Virus record (IMG/VR): IMGVR_UViG_3300029286_000037
Span: 867-64,866 of that record
Origin: a virus
Lineage: Duplodnaviria > Caudoviricetes
DNA length: 64,000 nucleotides
Reading direction: 5' to 3' (one strand)
In this document: one piece after another, positions 8,616 through 17,692 of the stretch
Layout of the letters: each line of letters opens with the position of its first letter
How positions within the stretch are numbered: position 1 is the first letter of the stretch
Position numbers and translations under genes: made by a program
Notes under the pieces: generated by a model
The model's input: only the letters and a program-made list of their open reading frames with translations
What the model was told of the DNA's origin: nothing
Databases searched by the model: none

Positions 8616-11552
8616 TTAAAGACTCTGTCTCAAATTCAAGGTCACCACAATCCAGTTCAATGGAAAAACAGGACTATAGTAAGCTTCTACATCAAGAGTA
8701 CTAGGATCTTGATCATTCTGCTTTACAGTGATCCCTGTAAAATTCACAATGAGCTCTTTCTGTTTTAGCGATTTGAAATAAGATCCCAAAGCATCTTTAA
8801 CCTGTGATTGAATCTTAGGAAGATTCTTCACACCGATGAATCGATCAAGAACTCTTCGCACACCCTGCTGAACAAAGTGCTTAACCTCAACGATTCTAGG
8901 ATCGCGTGTCAAAGCGGTAGAGGTGTCCGAAGTAAGATAAAAAAGGATCTTTATAAATGGTGATTGCTCCTCGAGAACAGTACACCCGGCATTAGCAACA
9001 AGAGCTGCGCTGACGCTATCCAATCTCCGATATAGTCTCTTAAATCCTACGATCGTAGAATTGGTAAGAGGAGTAGCAATATCTGAAACAGGAGAAACAT
9101 CCCGACCAGCCACTGCTGCAGCGATAATAGAACCGTCGACAACATACTCTACTTCATTTCCGTATGCATCAACTATCCCAACGATAGCACCGTCTGGGTA
9201 TATAGGAGTAAGCTTCTCGGTCTTGAGGTTCTGAACCATCTGAATCACTTGATCAGAGGTTGTCCCTATTGCAAAACCAATGATACTTGTTCTCTCACTC
9301 TTATAACGAATACTTGACTGTATTGCGTTTGAAGACTTAAGATAGCTGATAACCTCTGGATTCGTGGTTAGGGACTGCATTAAAGCAGGTCTCAATCCAT
9401 TAGGAAGAGGTACATTAAATGCATCGATACCTTCTATGTAATCTTGAACAGAGGCATCAGTTCCACCGACAGTACGTTTAACCTGCTTCAGAGCCACAGC
9501 CTGAGTCCCGTTTAAGAAAGCCAAGTTTGCAGCCAAAGTAAGTTTGTTGTTGATGTCAAGAGGTCCAAAGTACCGAACTACATCTCTCATGTTCGTTAAG
9601 AACTTAGCGGTATAGTCTGTCTTCTCTTTGTCAAAAGTAACATAGTACAGATCCCCGTTTGCTGGTTCAACACCGCTCTTATTGAATGTGTCAATAATGA
9701 CAGTATCATCAGTAGTGTCTACTGAACCACCGCTTGTAGTGGAAACTGTGAGGTTAACACCTGGGATAACTCTTACTATGCTTGACGAAACAGTGATATA
9801 AAGCTGCTGAGTAGAATCTGATACGGTAGGATCACCTATATCATATCTTACGATCGAACCTACACCAGGATTAAAAGCACCAGAATCATTTGAAAAGGTA
9901 ACTCTGAAACCAGAAGTTGGGTCAATATAAGTTTTTCCTACATATCCAATATTCTTATTGTTGGCAGTTACAGACCCTGTTCTGCCCGGAAGAGTAAAGC
10001 CAGTACCATGAAAAGAGGTAACAGTGAAAGAACCATCACCATGAAAAGTACAAGCAACTCTTTCTACAGAACCCTTAAGCGGATTGACTTGGAAGTTTGG
10101 AGAACCTGCCCCAGCATAAATAGGGGTAACAGTTCCACTGATGTATCTGACTTCCATGGCATTACCGCTGACTCTTGATGATATAGTGTACTTACCTACA
10201 CTCGCACCACCGGGAACCTTATTAGTAAGAGTCCACTTGTCATCAACAAGGTTATTCTCACGATACGTAACATAAACAATTTCTTGAAGAGCCTGTGATG
10301 GAGCTGCGGCAAGCGTAACTTGATTACCTTGAATCTTGGTTACAGGCACTGCACCGGCAGTATAAGCTGCTGCCCAGTTTGCCCCGACGTAGGCTAAAAT
10401 ATCAGAAGGATCTTCTGTAGAAACTCCAAGTCCCGAACCATCAACCGGAGTTGAAGGCAGAGAAAAGACTTTATTGCTATTTAGGTTGACTTGTTCCCCA
10501 TTAGCATTAGTTTGAATAACTCCACCAATAGTAAGGGGGTTTACTGGAGAACCTACCCGACCATAAACAAAAGTATCTGTTAATGATTCAGACACGTTAT
10601 CAACAAGAGCCACAGCCCCTGCAGTATACAAACCCTGTGCAATATGGGAAGACTGTCCCCAATGGATCTGATTAGAACCTGCAAGAACGCAATCTTCACC
10701 GATGGAATAGTCATTTGTATCTTGACTCAAACCAGCTTTAACCAGTGCGTCCACAACAGCAGCAGGAAGGATGTCAAAAGTATCCTGCCAAAGATTCGTG
10801 AAGTATGTAACAGTCAGCGTAGAACCTATAGCCGGTGCAGTTGCAAGTGTGAATACTGCATCAGAACCGTTAAGGTGCGTTACTGCAACCTCTGCCCCAT
10901 TTACCTTAACCTGAAAGACTCTCACTTGACGTTCGTACTCATCGCCAAGAACGAGTGGATCCGGATTATAAAGAATAGTGGTTACACCATTAATGTCTGT
11001 ATCAACAGCTGATCTTCCGCCATTGTCCCCCTTAACTATTCTTGAGTTGTGAACTTTAAAGTTGATTGAGGTCCCATCTACCTGAGTAGAAATAACTTCC
11101 TCTTCAACATAAGTATCACGACGTTTAAAATAGTAGTTAGCTCTTACTTCATCACCAACTTGTGGCAGCTGAACTAAGGTAACTTCCCCTGTTAAACCGT
11201 TTAAAGAGTTGACAGCAACATTCTGCCCATTAACTGTAACGATAACACTACTTGGTGAAGTAGCTACTTTACCGCTTCCATCACCTGTTACAACAGGTTT
11301 ATTTTGAATTACGAAAGAATTCTCCATACCTGTTGAAAACTGGCTGCTAACATCTTCGTCAAGAATAAGGTTATCAGAAATCGCTGATGACCCTCTTACC
11401 ATTTCAAAGTTGCCAACTCTAACCGTTTCCGCAGATACGCCAACAAAGGCTGGTATACGAATATCACCGGATGCTGTAACTCCAGCAGCCTCAGTGTTAG
11501 TCTTAACATATACACCAGGAAATACGAAACTTTCTAAAGGTCCCATAGCCAT
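8616..11552 (-). CDS. Contractile tail sheath protein with inserted beta-sandwich domains
   Basis: N-terminal FPGVYV..IPAFVG. C-terminal sheath domain: IAAAVAG..PLTN..IVGF..FIGVKN..DPSTLDVEAYYSPVFPLNWIVVT. Confidence 0.93.
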   Translation of the reverse strand: MAMGPLESFVFPGVYVKTNTEAAGVTASGDIRIPAFVGVSAETVRVGNFEMVRGSSAISDNLILDEDVSSQFSTGMENSFVIQNKPVVTGDGSGKVATSPSSVIVTVNGQNVAVNSLNGLTGEVTLVQLPQVGDEVRANYYFKRRDTYVEEEVISTQVDGTSINFKVHNSRIVKGDNGGRSAVDTDINGVTTILYNPDPLVLGDEYERQVRVFQVKVNGAEVAVTHLNGSDAVFTLATAPAIGSTLTVTYFTNLWQDTFDILPAAVVDALVKAGLSQDTNDYSIGEDCVLAGSNQIHWGQSSHIAQGLYTAGAVALVDNVSESLTDTFVYGRVGSPVNPLTIGGVIQTNANGEQVNLNSNKVFSLPSTPVDGSGLGVSTEDPSDILAYVGANWAAAYTAGAVPVTKIQGNQVTLAAAPSQALQEIVYVTYRENNLVDDKWTLTNKVPGGASVGKYTISSRVSGNAMEVRYISGTVTPIYAGAGSPNFQVNPLKGSVERVACTFHGDGSFTVTSFHGTGFTLPGRTGSVTANNKNIGYVGKTYIDPTSGFRVTFSNDSGAFNPGVGSIVRYDIGDPTVSDSTQQLYITVSSSIVRVIPGVNLTVSTTSGGSVDTTDDTVIIDTFNKSGVEPANGDLYYVTFDKEKTDYTAKFLTNMRDVVRYFGPLDINNKLTLAANLAFLNGTQAVALKQVKRTVGGTDASVQDYIEGIDAFNVPLPNGLRPALMQSLTTNPEVISYLKSSNAIQSSIRYKSERTSIIGFAIGTTSDQVIQMVQNLKTEKLTPIYPDGAIVGIVDAYGNEVEYVVDGSIIAAAVAGRDVSPVSDIATPLTNSTIVGFKRLYRRLDSVSAALVANAGCTVLEEQSPFIKILFYLTSDTSTALTRDPRIVEVKHFVQQGVRRVLDRFIGVKNLPKIQSQVKDALGSYFKSLKQKELIVNFTGITVKQNDQDPSTLDVEAYYSPVFPLNWIVVTLNLRQSL

Positions 11553-11650
11553 GTGTCGTTCCCCTTTTTATACCGTAAATATTTTTTCATTGATCTTATT
11601 TATATTTAAAAGAATCTATATGTGATTTAAGTATCTTATTTTTATGTATA

Positions 11651-11665
11651 TATTAAAAGAGTATT
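11651..11665 (-). promoter_or_regulatory. 15-bp putative late promoter motif (AATACTCTTTTAATA)
   Basis: 2 mismatches to consensus AATAATCTATTAATA; upstream of the sheath gene. Confidence 0.55.
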
Positions 11666-11692
11666 ATCGAACGACACCTTGACCAAGCTAAC

Positions 11693-12172
11693 TTAACTCT
11701 CTGCTATAGAGCCCGATGAATCAAATTGTGGTATACCCTTCTTTACTCTTTCCGTTCTATGTTCCTGTAATGCCTCTGAAAACTCTTTTCTCACTGATCT
11801 TTCTTTATTATCCCCAAGATGCATTATCGGACTGTATTTGCCATCAGCATCTTTCGGAATGTTAAGCGCTTCTGGGGTCTTACCTTTCCATCTCTTCTGC
11901 TGGCGGGCTTCATATCTACCCTTCCACTTCGCATCATACCCCTCCCACCGCTTCTCTGACGCTTTACCTACTACCATATCAATTTCTTTATTGGTAGCGA
12001 TAGTGTCTCTTCTTGAATCAAGTTCACTATGTACCCCAAAGGTAGAAGCTGGTTTGCGTATTGATAACTCCCCACAGAGCTTACACTTCTGATCCTTATC
12101 CCTATTGATATAGGAACTTAGCTCCTCAAACTCATGACCACACTTACCACACTTGTATTCATATAATGGCAT
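11693..12172 (-). CDS. FmdB-family zinc-ribbon protein
   Basis: MPLYEYKCGKCGHEFEEL..CKLCG signature. Confidence 0.85.
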   Translation of the reverse strand: MPLYEYKCGKCGHEFEELSSYINRDKDQKCKLCGELSIRKPASTFGVHSELDSRRDTIATNKEIDMVVGKASEKRWEGYDAKWKGRYEARQQKRWKGKTPEALNIPKDADGKYSPIMHLGDNKERSVRKEFSEALQEHRTERVKKGIPQFDSSGSIAES

Positions 12173-12218
12173 AGAGACTCCTGTTCACATGTTATTTATT
12201 ATCTAATAGTATTAACCG

Positions 12219-12233
12219 TATTAATAGATTATC
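12219..12233 (-). promoter_or_regulatory. 15-bp putative late promoter motif (GATAATCTATTAATA)
   Basis: 1 mismatch to consensus; 47 nt upstream of the ATG at 12172. Confidence 0.65.
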
Positions 12234-12278
12234 AAAATTATCATCACTTCATGGGGGGCATCCTACTTACCTTAGATA

Positions 12279-13709
12279 TTACATATACCTCGGGTAACCT
12301 ATTCTTGGGTAGGAGACTTCAAAGGGAACACTGTTAGGTCTTATACGCAGCTCAAGTATTCTACCTTGATTAGTCAAGATATAATCCTTTGAGCTTACTA
12401 CCTGGTATATCTTTGTATCAAAGTCCACTATCTCTGTAAGAAACGGAATAAACTTTTTCCACTCAGTCATTATCTGGAGAGTTATCCCGTGGTGATAGTA
12501 CAAATCCCCTGTATTCTCATCATACGGTTCTTCAGATTCCCCAGAAGGATCCATTTCTTCTATTGTCAAACCCTCATCAATCAACAATAAACGCCTATTA
12601 CCCCATATGTCTTCTATAAGGTGGTCTGTTAAATTCGCCAGCTGCTTCGGATCACGGGCTACCACATCAATCTCAAAGGACATCTTATAGTGACCACTAT
12701 TCATATTAGCCACAGGTTCCCGCTGAGAATAAACAAGGACAACAGCCTTATCTCCCACAGTTACCTGGTTACTAAAAGAAAGGATAATCCCAGGGAGGGC
12801 TTCGTTTATATAGTGGAACTCACTGGGGATAGTAAATGGACCTAAAGTTTCCCCAACCCATCTATATGTGGCATAAAGAGTATTATTGGTCTCAAGCGGG
12901 CTTAGGAAAGTGATAAGCCCAGTTTGATCTATTGTATAGTCAGTGCCCTTTTCCAAATAAAATTTATTACTGAGACTTGTCTTCTTTGTATACAAAGTAT
13001 CAAAATCACCATATAAGTTACCGTGAACTAATTGAGCTGTTAACTCAGTGCCGGTAGTCCTTGCTATAACTTTTTCATCTTTAATAATATAAAAAGGATC
13101 AATAACAAATTCTGTAGGAGTGACTATCTCGATGTAGTATCTCCCAGGGGGGGTTAAGTTACTATAGTAATAAGATACTGTGAGCTGACTTCCAACGGTC
13201 GGAGCCATAGACAGAGCAAAGGTACCCGAAGCCCCATCTAAAAACTCAGGGAAGACTGTTTGACCGTTTAGTAAAACGGAGATCTGCCTAAAGTTATCTG
13301 CAAGAACTGTGTTATTATACCCTGACAAGACATGCTTTTTTGATACAGTGAAAAATCTATTCGTACCGACAGACGAAGTCCCTGATATCTGAGATGATAA
13401 ATCTTCATTCTTTTGATACCCGGTTAGATTATTAAAATCTTCCCAAACCCATTCAAGAAAATTTCCCTCAAAATTTTCAGCACGTGCTTTAATCGTGTGA
13501 CTCTTCAAAACACCAGCGTGATCATCAGCAGATAGCTTTATTCTAGATGAAGAGGCATTCTTAAGGACCACCCCAATCATAGGGCGCTCTTTGTATGGAA
13601 ACTTGTGGTAAACTTCTACCTTATCCCGAAATAGCTGATGCCTTTGAACAGAACCTGTCAATTCATCCATAATACGGGATTTTACGACTCTTAATAAATT
13701 ATTTTCCAT
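12279..13709 (-). CDS. Putative tail completion/terminator (neck) protein with beta-sandwich inserts
   Basis: Upstream of the sheath. C-terminal YKMSFEIDVVARDPKQLANLTD pattern; inserts resemble those of the sheath. Confidence 0.55.
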   Translation of the reverse strand: MENNLLRVVKSRIMDELTGSVQRHQLFRDKVEVYHKFPYKERPMIGVVLKNASSSRIKLSADDHAGVLKSHTIKARAENFEGNFLEWVWEDFNNLTGYQKNEDLSSQISGTSSVGTNRFFTVSKKHVLSGYNNTVLADNFRQISVLLNGQTVFPEFLDGASGTFALSMAPTVGSQLTVSYYYSNLTPPGRYYIEIVTPTEFVIDPFYIIKDEKVIARTTGTELTAQLVHGNLYGDFDTLYTKKTSLSNKFYLEKGTDYTIDQTGLITFLSPLETNNTLYATYRWVGETLGPFTIPSEFHYINEALPGIILSFSNQVTVGDKAVVLVYSQREPVANMNSGHYKMSFEIDVVARDPKQLANLTDHLIEDIWGNRRLLLIDEGLTIEEMDPSGESEEPYDENTGDLYYHHGITLQIMTEWKKFIPFLTEIVDFDTKIYQVVSSKDYILTNQGRILELRIRPNSVPFEVSYPRIGYPRYM

Positions 13710-13748
13710 ATTGTCTCTTTTACATTATTGATGTATCAGTGTAAAAGC

Positions 13749-13763
13749 TATTAATCGATTATT
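13749..13763 (-). promoter_or_regulatory. 15-bp putative late promoter motif (AATAATCGATTAATA)
   Basis: 1 mismatch; sits between a terminator and the ATG at 13709. Confidence 0.65.
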
Positions 13764-13772
13764 AAAAAAATA

Positions 13773-13802
13773 GGGGCTGGGAGAGACATTTCTCCCAGCC
13801 CC
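13773..13802 (-). terminator. Intrinsic terminator after actin-like gene
   Basis: Perfect 12-bp stem GGGGCTGGGAGA/TCTCCCAGCCCC, then TATTTTTTT on the minus strand. Confidence 0.85.
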
Positions 13803-13849
13803 CTGCAGAAAACTGTTCTTTCGCAAACAGTTCTTTTTTAATTTATGTA

Positions 13850-14860
13850 TTAGTCGTTCATTGCTGCAATGAGAAGTCCCTTAGCAACATCTGCTAAAGG
13901 GTCCGATGCCATACGTATTTCAGAAATATTAATTGGAAAACTATCCTGCTCTTTTTCAAATTCTTTTCTGAAAAATTCAAGGAAATTTTTAGCTTTTGTT
14001 GTCCCACCACTGATCACCCAGGGGATTTGATCGGGAAGCTCTATCTTGCCATTATCTTTTTTAAACTCTCTCTTTATACTGTCTATCACGTAATGTATAA
14101 GATTCTTGTAATAAACAATGATAGCTTCTCTTTCTCTTAGCTGTCTTGGGTCACCATCTGTTGGATCAAGGAGATTTACACCACGTTCCTTAATAGACAT
14201 CAATCTGGTGGCGGTACTTCCTACAGCCTTTGCTGCAGATTGATCCACCCAATCACCACTTCTGCTTACACTAAAAGCCATACCGACCATGGTCTGAAAA
14301 ACAAGAGCAGTATTTACCATACCAGCACCGAAAGAAGATGCAAGAGCGGTAAAGCCATCCATGCTGCAGTTTGAGTACACTATTGCTGCTGCCTCATTCA
14401 TAGCAGTAGCCTTATACCCGAAAGACTCTACAATTTTTTTGAACATTGCCTCATGGTAAATCACATCCATATCTTTATCTATGGATTTTGCAGGAACAGA
14501 AAAAAAGACAGATTCATTTTCAAACTTAGGAGAACTGAGGATATTCTTTAAAAGAATTACAAGCATTCTTTCTGCATCATGCTCACCTGAAGATATTACA
14601 CCCTGATTTAAAGGTCTTCGAACTTCTTTTTTTAGAAGATTTGCAACACTAAGAGCAGGTTCCCCTACTATGTAAATGTAATCTTTTTCCTGTACGTATG
14701 AAACACTGGACATTTTCAGCATATTGATAATTGATTGATCCGCTTCTACGTCTAAAAAAGCATCACGAATGGATTTAATTTCTACAGACGCATCTTCATC
14801 TTTAAGATCTTTTGTAGCACTTACCAAAAAGCAAGTACCTATGTCAAGTCCAACACTCAT
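13850..14860 (-). CDS. Actin-family ATPase (MreB/MamK/ParM superfamily)
   Basis: Phosphate-1 GLDIGT, connect-1 MNEAAA, phosphate-2-like SFGAGMVN, adenosine VISGGTT, connect-2 DPLADVAKG; 336 aa. Confidence 0.88.
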   Translation of the reverse strand: MSVGLDIGTCFLVSATKDLKDEDASVEIKSIRDAFLDVEADQSIINMLKMSSVSYVQEKDYIYIVGEPALSVANLLKKEVRRPLNQGVISSGEHDAERMLVILLKNILSSPKFENESVFFSVPAKSIDKDMDVIYHEAMFKKIVESFGYKATAMNEAAAIVYSNCSMDGFTALASSFGAGMVNTALVFQTMVGMAFSVSRSGDWVDQSAAKAVGSTATRLMSIKERGVNLLDPTDGDPRQLREREAIIVYYKNLIHYVIDSIKREFKKDNGKIELPDQIPWVISGGTTKAKNFLEFFRKEFEKEQDSFPINISEIRMASDPLADVAKGLLIAAMND

Positions 14861-14874
14861 ATATCCTCCTATAT

Positions 14875-15576
14875 TTATTTAGATTTTAATCTCAATTCTT
14901 TAAGTTTCCTTAAAGAGTCAGCCACGTTATCTCCGGAATTTATCGTTCTTACTTCCAAGTTAATATGGGAATTTGCATCCTCTACTCGAATACTCGGAAC
15001 ATAAATTTCTTCTTCTCTTCTGTACGCATCTTCCTTGATTGCAGAAGAATTACTGCTGGAGCTATTAGTTCCAGACCTACTAATAATTCCTTCTAGCTTC
15101 TCTAGAATACCCTCACTACTGTTTACAGCTATTTTTGCCTCAATACCTTTTAAAGCGTCTTGGATAAAGGATAGCCCGGTAGTTGCTGAATTACTTTCTA
15201 ATTTTTCCAGTCTGTCTAAAATAACTAATAAAGCGTCGTTACTTTTTGATGAAGATTGATCTCTCAAACTTTTTTCCAAAATCTTAATTCGCTCTAATAA
15301 AATATCTACTTTTTGATCTGGAACAGATTCCTCAGTGGGAATCTCAGGGAGCAGCTCACTCTCAGAGGATACTATAGGAGTAATAGGATCAAAAGACCGT
15401 GTTGTGTCTTCTGATTTTTTAAGAACTATTAAGGCCCTTCTCTCGATAGCACGTTTTAAATCAACAGAATTTTCATACTGAATATCAGTATAATCCTTCT
15501 GTTGTTTATAGTATATGCAATCGTTAAGATCCTTAAGTTCTACCTTTTTTGGAGAGTTACCTATAACATAGAACAT
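14875..15576 (-). CDS. Coiled-coil hypothetical protein co-transcribed with the actin homolog
   Basis: Heptads LLERIKILEK, ILDRLEKLES, ILEKLEG; 14 nt upstream of the actin gene. Confidence 0.6.
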   Translation of the reverse strand: MFYVIGNSPKKVELKDLNDCIYYKQQKDYTDIQYENSVDLKRAIERRALIVLKKSEDTTRSFDPITPIVSSESELLPEIPTEESVPDQKVDILLERIKILEKSLRDQSSSKSNDALLVILDRLEKLESNSATTGLSFIQDALKGIEAKIAVNSSEGILEKLEGIISRSGTNSSSSNSSAIKEDAYRREEEIYVPSIRVEDANSHINLEVRTINSGDNVADSLRKLKELRLKSK

Positions 15577-15619
15577 ATTTTATTATTTTATATAGATTTA
15601 AGTATAAAAACACACCAAA

Positions 15620-16552
15620 TTACATACTGTATTTTGCAACAGATATCCAAAAAGCATCACCTGCATCTTTAGGTATCTTTTCAAACTTTGGAACATCTTT
15701 TTTTGGTATCTCGACATTCTCATTGTCTGAATTATCCTCAGTCCCATCTTCTGGAGCACCCTCAAGAGTATCCTCTGTAACGGTTTCTTCAGTAACTGGG
15801 TTCTCACCACTATTATCGGAATCACCCTCAGAAGGTGTTTCGCTCATTGGGTCTTCGCTCTCAGAAGGTTCGCTGTCTGGAGTACCGCTAATTGGGGACT
15901 CAATGTCAGATGTCTCACCGTCAGTTGGGGCATCATTACCCATATCAGGAGTTTCTTCCATAGCAGGTTCACCGTCAGTTGGGGCATCTTCAGGAGTATC
16001 TTCCCCATCAGGAGTACCATCATAATCGGCAATCTCTGTTGTATCACTTGGATCTTTACTAACATCTTCGCCAGTGTCAGGAGTATCCTGCTCAACAGAT
16101 GGAGGAGTGTCATTCTCAGAATCAGGGGCGACGTTCTCAGAGTCAGGAGTGCCCTCTTCACCTTCTGGGGCAGGAACTTCACCAACAGGAGCATTTGAAG
16201 GCTCACCGTCGTTTACTTCACCCTGTTGATCTACTGGTTCAAAGATATCTGAACCGGTATCCTCTTCAGTATCTTCCGCTTCAACATAATACTTTTGGCT
16301 TGTCTCTGTGGGAACATATGCCATCTTACCACCACATGCTAAACATGCGACCCCATCATTTACACTAACATTGGCAACACGTTTAACGTTGTGGCCTTCA
16401 CCGGCAACCTTGCGCTTTGCATTTATGTCAGATAGTGATGCTGTATGATTACATGAATCACACACAAAATAGGTATTTTCTGCAGCTTCCTTCTCAAGCT
16501 TATCAGCTATTTTAAATAAGGTTTCAGCAGCAAACTTTATATTAGATCCCAT
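15620..16552 (-). CDS. Zinc-ribbon protein with long acidic low-complexity region and K-x-A motifs
   Basis: CDSC..CLACGG; D/E/P/T-rich tract; KFAA, KEAA, KVAG, KDAG. Confidence 0.65.
   Translation of the reverse strand: MGSNIKFAAETLFKIADKLEKEAAENTYFVCDSCNHTASLSDINAKRKVAGEGHNVKRVANVSVNDGVACLACGGKMAYVPTETSQKYYVEAEDTEEDTGSDIFEPVDQQGEVNDGEPSNAPVGEVPAPEGEEGTPDSENVAPDSENDTPPSVEQDTPDTGEDVSKDPSDTTEIADYDGTPDGEDTPEDAPTDGEPAMEETPDMGNDAPTDGETSDIESPISGTPDSEPSESEDPMSETPSEGDSDNSGENPVTEETVTEDTLEGAPEDGTEDNSDNENVEIPKKDVPKFEKIPKDAGDAFWISVAKYSM
15915..15988. repeat. 20-bp intragenic direct repeat (DAPTDGE x2)
   Basis: TCACCGTCAGTTGGGGCATC at 15915-15934 and 15969-15988. Confidence 0.85.
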
Positions 16553-16600
16553 GAAAAAACTCCTTTGAGGCGAAAGAACTCCTGATATGTCTATATTCTA

Positions 16601-16615
16601 AATTAATAGATTATT
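16601..16615 (-). promoter_or_regulatory. 15-bp putative late promoter motif (AATAATCTATTAATT)
   Basis: 1 mismatch; 49 nt upstream of the ATG at 16552. Confidence 0.65.
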
Positions 16616-16647
16616 ACAATTAATATAGGATTGCTAACAAGGGTATT

Positions 16648-17688
16648 TTAAGCAAGTCCTTTAATCATCCAATTTCTATAAAAATTGGATATCTCTTTTT
16701 TACGTACTTTATGAACAATCATTATCAGATGATTTATTGCAAAATTATTATTAATCTCACTCTCAGAATAACGCAACACTATGGGGTATTTCGTATATAG
16801 TAATCTACTTTTATATTCATCAAGCTTCATACTTTTTATTGGGTCAGTGTATATGCACCTAGCCCCATGAAATGCTTCCCCATCACAGAGAATAACAAAG
16901 GTGCTACCATTAACCTTTAATTTTATATCTATTTCCAAAGGGATATACACACCAATATCCTCAGCCATTATTTTATTCCAAATATTTTATTTAATTACCC
17001 CCTCTTTAAAAGCTACCCTTATCATGTTTACAAAGTTCAGTTCTAATTTTGAAGGGGTTATTTTATACCTGAAATTTAAGAATTTATTTAGCTTATTATA
17101 TAAAGCTTTTAGTTTATTAAGTCTGACTTTATTCCTGTAGTATTCTTCACCCTTTTCCCTTGAAATATACTCTTTGATGTACTGCTGAGAAACGTTGAAT
17201 TCTTTCATTAGGCTGGTAATCAGCACATCTTTATCGCTCTCTATAATTGACTTGAATCTGGCATTAATATCCGCAGTTAATTTCTTTTCTTCTTCATTTC
17301 TTTTACTAGCTCTTTCTTCTTTGTTCTTTTCATTTCTATTAGTATCAAATAATTTCTGATTATCTTTAGCTACATTAGAACAATCTTCACATAAGGGCTT
17401 AGTATTGAACTTAGAGTAATACCCTACTACTTCTTTTTTACACCAAGAGCACTGTATCGCTTTTTTAACTTTAGCTATAATTTTTATTTTTTGTGCATTT
17501 TTACAAATTGAACATAGTACTTTATCCTTATTTCTATTATCTAACTTTCTACCACAGCTTATACATTTTTTAGGGACTATATTAGACAAAAAGTACTTTA
17601 CGTGTTCTTCATCCTTAGCATTTCTAAAATGATTAGCAATCCCATGCTTAGTGAAAAAATCTTTAGAACATATTTTACATTTTTCCAT
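16648..17688 (-). pseudogene. Zn-finger plus Vsr/DUF559-like PD-(D/E)XK endonuclease (homing-endonuclease-like), broken by one in-frame TAA
   Basis: ORFs 16987..17688 and 16648..16968 share a frame: PSKLE..KEGVIK*NIWNKIMAED..EIDI..CDGEAFH..DEYK..VLRYSESEI. N-terminal C2H2 and CxxC pairs; visibly more AT-rich than its flanks. Confidence 0.75.
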
Positions 17689-17692
17689 AATA

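Noticed and set aside
921-13709. Extracellular contractile injection system or tailocin locus
   Set aside because: Terminase, portal, protease, scaffold and capsid genes are present, so this is a complete phage morphogenesis region.
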